The position numbers and the translations under genes were made by a program. From an uncultured virus (IMG/VR IMGVR_UViG_3300028377_000002) (lineage: Duplodnaviria > Heunggongvirae > Uroviricota > Caudoviricetes), in IMG/VR virus record IMGVR_UViG_3300028377_000002: 64,000 nt of DNA; one strand, written 5' to 3'. The notes beneath the pieces are model-generated. The model did no database searches and was not told the origin of the DNA. It worked only from the letters and a program-made list of their open reading frames with translations. Shown one piece after another: positions 9,101 to 18,043 of the stretch (its first letter is position 1; the number at the start of each line of letters is the position of its first letter).

Positions 9101-10685
9101 TAATATCCGTATCTGGGAATATATCCCAAGTTATTTCAATATTAGGGTATAGGGCAGCAAAGTCCAACTTAACAACATCAGTTCTATAACCAACTTCCAG
9201 TAACCTAGATAAACCACCTGTAAAAGTTTGTCTTTCTTTTAACTCTGGTACGGCCAACCTATTCTCATACGACCAAGCTAACATAATCAATTTCCATATA
9301 CCTGCGGTACCCATGGTTATAGACCTCATGTATGAGGTAGGTATTAACTTAGATAATAAGAAAGCTGCTTGGTTAAATTCAGCATCGACTTTTTCTGTTT
9401 CCCATAAATCGTCAAGTAGGTATCTCCTTATAATCATTTTACCTTTGACAAGCTCATATCCTTCTTCTAATGGCTTTTCTTCAGTAATCTTATAATATGT
9501 ACCGTCAGTATCATTAAAAGCGTAATCAGTAACGCTATCAGCCCACATGCTGTAAATCTTATCACCGTCCACATACACTCGGTTAGGTTTGTTCTTTTTA
9601 GCGTATTTAGTAATATACTTTAATCCAGCGCTTTTTATATTGGAGTTAATTGCTTTTGCTCTACGCACAGCATGATAAACATCAATAATATTATAACCCC
9701 ACATCGTTGTTTGCTTGTAATACTCTCGCTCACCACCTAATTTAAGAGATTTATCAACTCTTTTTATTTTGTGCTCACCAGTAGGGTCCAAAGTTTTGGC
9801 CACCAATTCAATGTCAACACCTAAAATGTCGCATCTAGTGAAAATAAAATCCCAGTCAAAGTTTTCTGAGTTATAGCCAGCAATTGTATCAGGTTTTAAT
9901 TTTTTAATAACCTCGAACATCTTGAATATAGCGAATAACTCTTCTTCTCTATCGTCAACATCAGGACCTGTTTTAATTTCTATAATATCTTCGTAACCTC
10001 TATTATCCTTTACACCGACTTGGAATATTCTTGCATCCTTATACCTAACTGGTTGATTTTTCTCATCGAACTCATAAAGTTTGGTCAAATCTTCGCCAGT
10101 ACTCATTCGACTTTTAACGTCTTCTATTTCCTCACGTGATAATAAAGTACCTTTAGGTTTAAGTCCAGTTGTCTCTAAGTCAAATTGTAATCTGTGTAAA
10201 TCATCATAGTCATCAAACCCTTTAAATAAACGCTTACCTGATGCAATTAAGTATTGTTCGATAGGGTTGATTGCAACAAAGTTTCTTTTATCACTCTCAC
10301 CATACACATCAATACCACCCTGCTTAAAGAAATTTAATAGTTTTCCATAAGGACCAGTACATTTGGCCATAAACTTAAAACCATCTTCCATCCTTGGTGC
10401 AATACCTTGGTTATTTAATGAAGTCTTTAGTCTAGTTATAGTAACGCCGAATTTCTTACAAGCTTGTTTAATCTTATTCCTTTTACCACCATACATTTTT
10501 TTTGTGATAGGTTCCTTAAACCAAACAAACGACGTGATATCATCTTTAACCACGTATTTACCCTTAACTGGGTCGTTTATTATTAAAGAAACTTTATCGG
10601 CACCATAAGGTATTTCAACATTTACAATGTATTTTTGACGGTTTCTTCCTTCTAAGAATCTTGATATTTGTTCATCGTTAATCAT
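6147..10685 (-). CDS. polB: Family B DNA polymerase with intein
   Basis: Exo motifs FDLETTG, GYNSENFDW, YLLDDL; Pol motifs LDFAALYPNI, KQLPIKILGNSFFG, GD/TDG (split by intein), RKNYA. Confidence 0.95.
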   Translation of the reverse strand: MINDEQISRFLEGRNRQKYIVNVEIPYGADKVSLIINDPVKGKYVVKDDITSFVWFKEPITKKMYGGKRNKIKQACKKFGVTITRLKTSLNNQGIAPRMEDGFKFMAKCTGPYGKLLNFFKQGGIDVYGESDKRNFVAINPIEQYLIASGKRLFKGFDDYDDLHRLQFDLETTGLKPKGTLLSREEIEDVKSRMSTGEDLTKLYEFDEKNQPVRYKDARIFQVGVKDNRGYEDIIEIKTGPDVDDREEELFAIFKMFEVIKKLKPDTIAGYNSENFDWDFIFTRCDILGVDIELVAKTLDPTGEHKIKRVDKSLKLGGEREYYKQTTMWGYNIIDVYHAVRRAKAINSNIKSAGLKYITKYAKKNKPNRVYVDGDKIYSMWADSVTDYAFNDTDGTYYKITEEKPLEEGYELVKGKMIIRRYLLDDLWETEKVDAEFNQAAFLLSKLIPTSYMRSITMGTAGIWKLIMLAWSYENRLAVPELKERQTFTGGLSRLLEVGYRTDVVKLDFAALYPNIEITWDIFPDTDISDVMKGMLLYIANTRDKFKGLMNEHKAEVRTFQEIIDTKGESMTEEELGFAKKQIKENSALASTYDKKQLPIKILGNSFFGSLGAPNIFNWGDIECAEETTCRGRQYLRLMVWFFVDKGFTPLVGDSVTFNTPIFIRWKKTKEIDILPISDLYNPNSEFIDEEELRDYEIKPYEVLTVNGWKEINYIYRHKTDKKIHRVSTKDKLVCVTEDHSLFQNTKQIKPKDLKRGDLLDVRNVENFNNEGIEYLDEEVSFLYGYFLGDGSATYGDRKQYYKSKRTGEININKGKRSVFKISSSNYDKLLKLQLIIEEQFDIKTKIKDHRKSSGVYNLVSYSKYVSIKFSKDFYTSYREKKIPYYILNASDKNKLAFLNGVFSSDGYGDYLEDCSDIGMKSQVAMSGIGYIMDCLGIDKKIRTIKDKENFISFRLKNKNRNNSSFTNKTKMKSDEVWLNEVIKNRCPNGYVYDISTEDGTFVGGIGGVDLKNTDGFNFAIPKDVDKFRYTPKGTHRFTESKKGVESVGLDAVVDEYNELYMIGRMGLDIDDICESTINFSRKNYANLIDGKIKLVGNTIKSSKMPIYIEEFLSEAIKYLLNGDGYKFIQLYNKTVDDIYNFRVPLMKIASKSNVKESKSTYIKESKTKTKAGNYKARKAHMELAIQNDVDIHLGDTMYYVNTGTVKSHGDVKVKTDKETGKRSVHLNCMMIPAEQIEGNPELTTEEYNVPKYLDNFNKRIKPLLVCFSPEIRDDIIVDMVKDKKTKEMTLSDFKVFTESQCQLTNGTSIKEGDQDDYNDDLMSMEDKEIQFWLRNKKVPNNLEDLGLKWNEVVDDYNKRKEIERIEGIKYDKNMFLSTIKRLEVEDINTMKGSSKIPKQLEAFAEFNVHDDDKGNPNIFVTSAKWGVDLGTVEDILKYEPWAEQRSYWYLNENPSKNDKNFEGWIYNMWVKAKLNKDEGKANKIEKELNLVGIEIDVEDYKKLRKLEKKEV
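7647..8723 (-). mobile_element. Intein (359 aa) with LAGLIDADG endonuclease in PolB motif C
   Basis: LVGD|SVTFNTPIF ... VTEDHSL ... YVYDIST ... GGVDLKN|TDG; LAGLIDADG motifs FLYGYFLGDGS and FLNGVFSSDGY. Confidence 0.92.
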
Positions 10686-10784
10686 AAAACTATATTATAC
10701 TTATTACCTACAAAGTAACTAGTATAATAACCGAAAAACAAGTTTTTTGTAATAATTTTTAAAATAAAGTGGTGTTTATCAGGT

Positions 10785-10973
10785 TTGTCTATATCTCAAA
10801 TAGTACGTAGGTTAAAACAACAATCTACTAAACAAATATGGTTACTACATCCCACATTACTTCGTAGAGAGTACTGGTACAAAAACATTTTATGGAGTGC
10901 AGGTTATTTTGTTTGTTCAATAGGTGAAGCAAGTCCAGATACAATTCGTCAATATATTTTAAGTCAAGGTTAA
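10785..10973 (+). pseudogene. tnpA: IS200/IS605 Y1 transposase C-terminal fragment
   Basis: SISQIVRRLKQQST...LWSAGYFVCSIGEASPDTIRQYILSQG, with catalytic Tyr helix; N-terminal HUH half missing. Confidence 0.85.
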
Positions 10974-11040
10974 TTAGTTACCTTTGTCGCTTACATCCCA
11001 TCCACGCTAAAAAGCGATGAATGGGTTTTACGCTCATGGT
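10785..11040 (-). mobile_element. Truncated IS200/IS605 element (left end plus tnpA 3' half), inverted relative to elements 1 and 2
   Basis: Reverse complement of ~10986-11035 matches the left ends at 5365 and 5914; flanked by ATAAA (TTTAT on minus strand) at 11041-11045; no right end found. Confidence 0.85.
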
Positions 11041-11042
11041 AT

Positions 11043-11171
11043 AAAAATAAATTAATACAATTTATAGTTGATGATGGTTTGTATGCTAAGTTATCTTCAA
11101 AATTAATGAAAGATGATGTAAGTGTTTCAACTTATATGAGGAATTTAATTATCAAGGATATGGATGTATAA
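11043..11171 (+). pseudogene. Ribbon-helix-helix-like ORF lacking a start, apparently cut by the IS insertion
   Basis: KNKLIQFIVDDGLYAKLSSKLMKDDVSVSTYMRNLIIKDMDV* fits a strand-helix-helix pattern; begins right at the IS junction. Confidence 0.45.
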
Positions 11172-11507
11172 CTCGTCTTTTATAGGGACGATTAATTTAC
11201 CTGAACCATCATTAAATCTAATTGTGAATTCACCCACATAAGTACCAGCTTTTCTAGTTTCTTTTTCGCTAAATTGATAGCCGATGTAGTATTCTTCACT
11301 AATGCTGTCAGGTTCTGGTTCTTTTAAAATACATAGAGCTTCTTTACCACCTATTCTTTTGATTCCTGTATTAGCATCAGTCATACAGAACGTAATAATG
11401 GAATCCTGTAACCTATCGTGAAAATTATCAAAATCATTTCTACCATCGTTAATTAACTCCATTTTTAATCTAGGTAAAGTACTTCCTTTATTTATGTAAA
11501 AATCCAT
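11145..11507 (-). CDS. Virion protein, BppU N-terminal-like domain
   Basis: FYINKGSTLPRLKMEL...YQFSEKETRKAGTYVGEFTIRFNDG pattern; TATTTAT motif ~15 nt upstream. Confidence 0.55.
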   Translation of the reverse strand: MDFYINKGSTLPRLKMELINDGRNDFDNFHDRLQDSIITFCMTDANTGIKRIGGKEALCILKEPEPDSISEEYYIGYQFSEKETRKAGTYVGEFTIRFNDGSGKLIVPIKDELYIHILDN

Positions 11508-11530
11508 TGTTTATTTTTATAATAAATATA

Positions 11531-11782
11531 CTACTCTAATGATTTAATCAACTCAATTGCTTCATCTATCGTATTGAAACTTCTGGTTGGTATTAATATA
11601 TGGGGTTTCTTGATGATTATAGGTATTATGGGTTTACCAACAAACTCATATAATTTATCAACATGTTCTCTATTTTTGTCATTATCCACGTCAATGTCGG
11701 TATATTCAATATTACCCCTCTGTAATTTGGTTTTTAAATCATTACAGTATACACATTCTTCACTTGTATATATTCTAATCAT
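11531..11782 (-). CDS. Glutaredoxin/NrdH-like redoxin
   Basis: IRIYTSEECVYC (CxxC), IEYTDIDVD, IP motif; 83 aa. Confidence 0.85.
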   Translation of the reverse strand: MIRIYTSEECVYCNDLKTKLQRGNIEYTDIDVDNDKNREHVDKLYEFVGKPIIPIIIKKPHILIPTRSFNTIDEAIELIKSLE

Positions 11783-14709
11783 AGTTTTAAGTCATTTTCT
11801 TTTAACTCACCCAAAAGATTTGCCATCCTTTCACTGTGTTTATCACCTTTAGTTAGTATCTCATCAATATTTTTTTGTTTACTCATAACAGAATACCACA
11901 TCATTAAAGAAATAGTACCTCTAAATAACTGGTAATATACCGATACATTGTTTTTTTGACCAATTCTATAACTTCTATCTTCTGCTTGTTCATTATCACC
12001 TGGTACCCAACTAAAAGAGTTGAATATTACAACCGTGGCCTCAGTTAAGGTAATACCGACACCAGCTGATGTTATGTTACCAATGAAAACTTTTGTTTTC
12101 TTGTTATTTTGGAATTTATCAATTGATTCTTGCTTAGCTTTACTGCTCATTCTACCATTATGTATAACACACTTATTACCGAAGTGTTCAGATAACTCCT
12201 CTAGTTCTTCAGTAAATGTTGTAAATATAATAACTTTCTGGTCTTGTTCAATAGCTTCCTCAGCTAACTCAATTGATTTAGGTATTGTTTCCATCGCAAT
12301 GAATTTTCTCAATAGACCTAATTCAACTAAATCCTTATGTACTGAACTTGTTTTACGTTTACCTTCTTCAGCTCTTTTTTCTAAGTACTCTTCCCACAAG
12401 TTTTCGTATTCTGACCAACCACGTTTAGATAAATCATGGTACATTGTAGTTATGGTTTTATCTGGCATATCTAATGCTTCAGATTTTAATCTTCTTAACA
12501 AACTGTTTTTAGTTCTAATACCTAATTCAGCTAAATTTGACGCTCCATCAGTAATCCATATTTGTTTAGTTCTACCGTTTTTAAGTTTTTTATAGAAACG
12601 CTTGGCATCACAATATCTTGTGGCAAAAAACTTCCAGTTAGCACCTAATGGTGATTTTATTAATTTTAATAGGTTGAAAAAATCCATTGGTTTATTGGCA
12701 ATTGGTGTACCTGTTAATAACCAAACTTTTTCTATATTACCACGCTCTATAATGTCGTTCATTATTTTAGTTCTTTGAGCTTTAGGGTTTTTAATTTTAT
12801 GAGCTTCATCCATGATAACTAAATCGTAATTTTCTTTCATGATATCCTCATAGTAAGGTTCATTTTTCTTACGAGGACCTGTTGAATGAAAATTCTTTAG
12901 AATGTCATAATTTATAATTGTATATTGACCAACGTCTGGCCAGTTACTACCACTAACTATAATCGCTTTCTTACCGAAGCTTTCAACTTCCCTTTGCCAA
13001 GATATCTTAACACTAGCTGGACATACGATTAACACTTTTTTAGCTCCAACTTCTAAAGAGGATATAATTGATTGATATGTATTATGTGTAACAATACCAT
13101 GATTAATAACAAATAATGAGTCTTCAGCATCAACCTTAATACACACACTATCACCTTCACCAATAGATTCTATATTTTTAATGTATCTAGCAACGTTATA
13201 TTTTTCAGGTGTGTTATATTCATCAGCTTTTCTCTTTAACCTAAATGGATTCATCCCTTCTGGTAATTTAATATTTAAACGATAAGCTTTTTCATCATCT
13301 GAATTTTTATAAGAACCTATTTTACTCTTCTTTCTTACAATACCACCCAAACTATGTACAATTTCAGCCACATCATCAGCTAATTGTTCAGATACACTAC
13401 AATATTCAGTTCCAGTAAAATTGCCACTTTTTGATTTCATACAATGACCATCAGTGTCCATAAGACCTTGAAGGATAGCTAATCTATCTTCAATTGAAGA
13501 ATATTTATATATTTCTGGAATGAATTTGGTGTGAGATAAAGTACCATTTAATTTAAGTGCACATACTTCTTCTTTTAAATTATTTAAATAATTTAATCTT
13601 ATATTAAAACCACCTGAACTTTCATTAACACATTGATTTTTAAATATTTCATCAAAATCAGCTTTATGTAAGCCAATACTAATAACACCCGTTTTTTTGA
13701 TATGTCCACCACCCAAAGTAACACCTAATAAATAAGGTTCAATAGGTAATTTATATTCATTTTCAAATTCAATTGGTTTAACAATTGGAATTTGCCATTT
13801 GTTTTGTCCATTAGGTTGTTTGTAATATGTTTTAAACTTATAAGGTCTTTTCTCATTCCATCCAAAACCCCTTTGTTCTAACTCTAATTCTTTATCCAAC
13901 ATTTGTTCGATTGTTAAATTAGTGTACCTAATTGACCGATTTTTATTATTCACACTACCATTATTTGCTGTAACAGTCCACATATGTTCTTTACAACAAA
14001 TAGTAGAATATCCATCATTAAATGTTATTTTAAATAAATCTTTTTTAGGTTGTGGGTGAACTTCAAGAACTTTTGTTTTTTTACCATCAGAACCAATTAC
14101 ATAATCACCCACTTTTAAATCGCCAATTTTAACCTTTCCAGTTGGTGTGTAAACTAACTCATTGATAATCACCGCTTTACCCAAACCCATATCGTCAGCT
14201 AAAATAGCACCATCTCTGCATGATAAAAATTCAATTCCAGTTTTTTGGTGCTCATAAGGTAACCTACAGTCAGCGTCCATTTTTTCGTACCTCTCCCAGT
14301 CAATATCTAAATCACACTCAGTAAAATAAGGGTCATCCAATACCATAGTTTTTGGTAAGAAATACATTTTAGCGTGTTTCTGATTCCTCTTAAGCTTACC
14401 GTATACGTGATAAGTTTTTTCTTGGTCAGCTAACATGGCTTGAATTAGAATTCTTTCTGGAACAAAAGATAGATTTTCTTTTTCCTTTAAAGAGTTACCC
14501 AATAATGGATTTATTTCAACCACCTTGTTTAAGACTTGAGGTGGAGTATCGTGAAAATCAGTTATGTACTGAGATTGCCCTTCAGTTAAACTTATTTTAC
14601 CTGTTTTGAGTAAGTTAGATTTTAACTCCTTTATATAAGGGTTAATACCTTCGTATGTTTGCAATAAAGTTACTGCACCCCTACCCTTTAAATCATTTAT
14701 ATCTATCAA
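11779..14709 (-). CDS. SNF2/SWI2-family helicase with intein
   Basis: ILADDMGLGK|T, LIVCPAS, DEAH, LLTGTP, LRRLK, AGVGITLT, QAEDRSYRIGQ. Confidence 0.93.
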   Translation of the reverse strand: MIDINDLKGRGAVTLLQTYEGINPYIKELKSNLLKTGKISLTEGQSQYITDFHDTPPQVLNKVVEINPLLGNSLKEKENLSFVPERILIQAMLADQEKTYHVYGKLKRNQKHAKMYFLPKTMVLDDPYFTECDLDIDWERYEKMDADCRLPYEHQKTGIEFLSCRDGAILADDMGLGKAVIINELVYTPTGKVKIGDLKVGDYVIGSDGKKTKVLEVHPQPKKDLFKITFNDGYSTICCKEHMWTVTANNGSVNNKNRSIRYTNLTIEQMLDKELELEQRGFGWNEKRPYKFKTYYKQPNGQNKWQIPIVKPIEFENEYKLPIEPYLLGVTLGGGHIKKTGVISIGLHKADFDEIFKNQCVNESSGGFNIRLNYLNNLKEEVCALKLNGTLSHTKFIPEIYKYSSIEDRLAILQGLMDTDGHCMKSKSGNFTGTEYCSVSEQLADDVAEIVHSLGGIVRKKSKIGSYKNSDDEKAYRLNIKLPEGMNPFRLKRKADEYNTPEKYNVARYIKNIESIGEGDSVCIKVDAEDSLFVINHGIVTHNTYQSIISSLEVGAKKVLIVCPASVKISWQREVESFGKKAIIVSGSNWPDVGQYTIINYDILKNFHSTGPRKKNEPYYEDIMKENYDLVIMDEAHKIKNPKAQRTKIMNDIIERGNIEKVWLLTGTPIANKPMDFFNLLKLIKSPLGANWKFFATRYCDAKRFYKKLKNGRTKQIWITDGASNLAELGIRTKNSLLRRLKSEALDMPDKTITTMYHDLSKRGWSEYENLWEEYLEKRAEEGKRKTSSVHKDLVELGLLRKFIAMETIPKSIELAEEAIEQDQKVIIFTTFTEELEELSEHFGNKCVIHNGRMSSKAKQESIDKFQNNKKTKVFIGNITSAGVGITLTEATVVIFNSFSWVPGDNEQAEDRSYRIGQKNNVSVYYQLFRGTISLMMWYSVMSKQKNIDEILTKGDKHSERMANLLGELKENDLKL
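13081..14175 (-). mobile_element. Class 3 (Ala1, W-C-T triad) intein, 365 aa, in Walker A of the SNF2 helicase
   Basis: MGLGK|AVIINELVYTP ... EHMWTV ... DSVCIKV ... GIVTHN|TYQ; LAGLIDADG-like YLLGVTLGGG and ILQGLMDTDG. Confidence 0.88.
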
Positions 14710-14829
14710 TTTTTTAAGTGTTTAACAATATATTATATTACTTAATATAGTTATTTTTAATAAAAAGTAAAGTATATCGTCAGATTTACTAATAGTTAAA
14801 TATTTATCTTTAAAGCTAATAGATTAACC

Positions 14830-15351
14830 ATGAGTAACGGAAAAAGAAAAATACCAATTAAGAGAATAAACAAGTTTTTTTCAGGTGAAGATTTTGATTT
14901 AGAAATTGAAATGGGTAGAGAAGCTATGGAAGGTGATGGTAACTTCACAGTTATTTTGTATAGGGTTGATAGAGAGACGACACAATCTGATGACATATAT
15001 AATGAAGCTAACGCTAATGAATTGAATTACCACCCACCTGTTGAGTTATACGTCACTCCTACAATTAATGAAGCTAAGAATTTAACTTATAATGAGTCAA
15101 ACTTTAGGTATCAAGAAGATGGTAATTTAAGTTTTATTGTTTATGTAGAGCATTTGAACGAATTAGGTGTTGACGTTACTGTAGGTGATTATGTAGGTTA
15201 TCCAATTAATGAAACTGACATGATTTATTTTAGTGTAACTAACGCTGGTGAAAAGAACTACGACAATAAACACACAATAATGGGTTATAAAAGCGCTTAT
15301 AGAATTATTGAGTGTACTATAGCCAATGAAGATGAATTTAACGGAAGATAA
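14830..15351 (+). CDS. Putative neck/head-closure protein
   Basis: Position upstream of the tail-terminator-like gene and sheath; beta-rich 173 aa; TATTTAT at 14801. Confidence 0.45.
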   Translation: MSNGKRKIPIKRINKFFSGEDFDLEIEMGREAMEGDGNFTVILYRVDRETTQSDDIYNEANANELNYHPPVELYVTPTINEAKNLTYNESNFRYQEDGNLSFIVYVEHLNELGVDVTVGDYVGYPINETDMIYFSVTNAGEKNYDNKHTIMGYKSAYRIIECTIANEDEFNGR

Positions 15352-15405
15352 ATATTATAAAATTATGACTAAAGATAATTTAACTAAATTTAATAAAATA
15401 ACATA

Positions 15406-16464
15406 ATGTCAGGTTTACCAAAAGGATTTAGAAAAAATGTTAATATTATTAAACAAAGTACTGGACCTGAGAGGAGGCAAGAGTATTTAGATGATATTGA
15501 TTATAAAGGCATGTACCTACCTAAGGGTGTAGAGACTGAGGATATTGATAGAACTTTTATTGAATTTGTTGATGATGAAATATCATTACAAGTTGATGGT
15601 GAGGAAGTACCTGTTCTATTCCTAACAATACAAAAGTGGGCTGAATTTAGTAAGACTTGGAGTTTTTCTGATAAATATAAAAATGTTAAAATGCCTTTTA
15701 TTACTATAGTTAGGGAACCTAATTTACAAGTGGGTACGAATCAAGCTGGTAATTGGAATATACCAGGTCGTAATTTATATACTTATTTGAAGGTTCCCAC
15801 TAATGTAGATGGAAGAAAGGGTATTGATACGTATAAAATACCTCAACCAACTTCAATCGATATAAATTATGAGGTTAGGTTGTTTTGTAATAGAATGAAA
15901 GATTTAAATAAATTTCATAAAAAAATACAGAAAACTTTTAACTCTAGACAATTTTACATCAAAGTTAACGGACACCCAATGCCAATACATTTAGAGACTA
16001 TAGGTGATGAAAGTCAAAAAAGTGATTTTGATAAAAGAAGGTTTTATGTACAAAGTTTTGAGATGAAGATTTTAGGTTACATTTTAGATGAAGATGATTT
16101 CGAATTAATACCTACTATTAATAGAGCTAACATCAAATTCAAAGAAATTTTAAAAGGTAAAACTAAAAGTGGATTTAAGGTTAAACAAGTAACTCAAAAC
16201 ACATTTTTATATGATATAACTTTTAAACCCAATAGTTCACTAACATTTGATTTTAACTCTGATTTCAATTCTCAATTAATTAGTTTACGAAATTTAACCA
16301 ACGTGACTAGTGTAATAATAGAAGTTAATAATACTGAAGTGTTTAGTGGTTTGGAGATAACTAATCCTATTAATGTAGGTATTAACGATAAGATTGACGT
16401 GACAATAACGACTGATGATTCATCATCAAGTTCAGCACTCGTAATTAATGGAAAATTAACGTAA
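15406..16464 (+). CDS. Putative tail terminator / sheath stabiliser (T4 gp15-like)
   Basis: KMPFITIVRE ... PQPTSIDINYEVRLFC ... FEMKILGYI pattern; context next to sheath. Confidence 0.5.
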   Translation: MSGLPKGFRKNVNIIKQSTGPERRQEYLDDIDYKGMYLPKGVETEDIDRTFIEFVDDEISLQVDGEEVPVLFLTIQKWAEFSKTWSFSDKYKNVKMPFITIVREPNLQVGTNQAGNWNIPGRNLYTYLKVPTNVDGRKGIDTYKIPQPTSIDINYEVRLFCNRMKDLNKFHKKIQKTFNSRQFYIKVNGHPMPIHLETIGDESQKSDFDKRRFYVQSFEMKILGYILDEDDFELIPTINRANIKFKEILKGKTKSGFKVKQVTQNTFLYDITFKPNSSLTFDFNSDFNSQLISLRNLTNVTSVIIEVNNTEVFSGLEITNPINVGINDKIDVTITTDDSSSSSALVINGKLT

Positions 16465-16466
16465 CT

Positions 16467-17753
16467 ATGAATGATTCAAGATTTAATAAAACATTTATAA
16501 TTCAACCTGCATTGGGGAGTGATAGTTACCTAAGTGGAACTACATTTGATAATAATACCATTTATTATAATATGAGTAATGCAGTATCAGCATTTACAAC
16601 AGATTTAAGTAGTTTAGTTTTAAATGATGTAGGTCAATTAACAGCTGTAGATGAAGGTAATGGTGTTGGTTATATCTTAAAAGATAGGGTTGCTGGTAAC
16701 TATGGTAGTATTGGTGAAAATGCAAAAGATTTTAGCTTTAGTGATGACCCATCAACAACAAAGGGCGCAACAGGTGCCTTTTCATTTGCTGAAGGTTTTA
16801 ACACAACGGCTAGTGGTACGTACTCACATGCCGAAGGTTATTTTACTGAAGCAAGTGGTTTCGCTTCTCATGCTGAAGGTAACTCCAGTGTCGCTAGTGG
16901 TTCTGGTTCACATGCCGAAGGTTTTAACACAACGGTTAGTGGTACGTACTCACATGCCGAAGGTTATTTTACTGAAGCAAGTGGTACGTACTCACATGCC
17001 GAAGGTTATTTTACTGAAGCAAGTGGTTACGGCTCTCACGCTGAAGGATATACGACACTAGCCACTGGTCAATATTCACACGCTGAAGGTAGGAGTACTA
17101 TAGCTAGTGGTTTTTTATCTCACGCTGAAGGATATAAGACACTAGCCACTGGTCAATATTCACATGTTCAAGGTTATTACAATTACGCTAGGGGTGTTGG
17201 TGAACATTCTGGTGGTATATACGGTACTGATTATACAGTTAATAATGACGATACTGATAGATTAGTTAACTATGGTAATGGCACAAACGATTCTAGAGAT
17301 GATGCGTTCACTATTTATAAGAATGGGGCAGTTAGGTTTTATAGAAATGAACTTTCAGCTATAACTAACGCTGACGCTGGTTTCTTAATTTATGATTCTG
17401 ATGATAATAACAGACCAACGATACATAGCGGAACTGAATGGAAGGGATTAGCATATGTGGATGAATTACCTAATGGGTATAGATTAGTTAGTTCTTCAGA
17501 TACATTAGAAGTAAACGATTATACATTAGATTGTGATAGTTCTGGTTCTACTATAACATTATTCGACGCTACAACAACTAATGTACAAGGAAAGGTTTAT
17601 AATGTGACTAATTCGGCAGGAGGTGATATTACTGTAAATACTACTAGTTCTCAAACTATTTATGTTGTAGGAGGTCCTGTTACTGATTTAACACTAAGTG
17701 ATGGTAAATCTATAAGGGTACAATGTACTGGTTCAAATTGGAGGTCATTGTAA
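16467..17753 (+). CDS. Second SHAEG-repeat fibre/collar protein
   Basis: About nine SHAEG-type repeats; blocks nearly identical in DNA to the fibre at 3..2852; distinct beta-rich C-terminus. Confidence 0.8.
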   Translation: MNDSRFNKTFIIQPALGSDSYLSGTTFDNNTIYYNMSNAVSAFTTDLSSLVLNDVGQLTAVDEGNGVGYILKDRVAGNYGSIGENAKDFSFSDDPSTTKGATGAFSFAEGFNTTASGTYSHAEGYFTEASGFASHAEGNSSVASGSGSHAEGFNTTVSGTYSHAEGYFTEASGTYSHAEGYFTEASGYGSHAEGYTTLATGQYSHAEGRSTIASGFLSHAEGYKTLATGQYSHVQGYYNYARGVGEHSGGIYGTDYTVNNDDTDRLVNYGNGTNDSRDDAFTIYKNGAVRFYRNELSAITNADAGFLIYDSDDNNRPTIHSGTEWKGLAYVDELPNGYRLVSSSDTLEVNDYTLDCDSSGSTITLFDATTTNVQGKVYNVTNSAGGDITVNTTSSQTIYVVGGPVTDLTLSDGKSIRVQCTGSNWRSL

Positions 17754-17903
17754 TTACTCGTCGTATAAATCAGTCGGCTTTTTACATTTCTCTTTAATTA
17801 GTTTTTCAACGAACCCAAACATTTTAAGTCCATTTTCATTGCAATAGTCTTTTAATATTTTGTGAGTTGTAGGTGTTATTTTAAGGTTTTTAGTTCGTTT
17901 CAT
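17754..17903 (-). CDS. Small ribbon-helix-helix-like DNA-binding protein (49 aa)
   Basis: MKRTKNLKITPTTHKILKDYCNENGLKMFGFVEKLIKEKC; ATG at 17903 preferred over the upstream start in the track. Confidence 0.6.
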   Translation of the reverse strand: MKRTKNLKITPTTHKILKDYCNENGLKMFGFVEKLIKEKCKKPTDLYDE

Positions 17904-17920
17904 GAGTTTTTTACTATAAG

Positions 17921-17975
17921 TATGACAAAAGTAATACAAAAATCATACTAAATATGATGTATTACATACATCATA
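17921..17975. promoter_or_regulatory. Putative operator: inverted TATGA/TCATA half-sites
   Basis: Perfect IR TATGATGTA-ttaca-TACATCATA (17953-17975) plus a second TATGA...TCATA pair (17921-17947) between the divergent RHH and sheath genes. Confidence 0.5.
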
Positions 17976-18043
17976 AAAACTTTTGATAAAATTCTACATA
18001 TTTATTATAAAATAAGAATTATAAAAACTAAATATCTAATTAT

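Noticed and set aside
168..17468. Diversity-generating retroelement TR/VR pair
   Set aside because: No reverse transcriptase in the window; differences go both ways (G/A and A/G) and both copies are coding.
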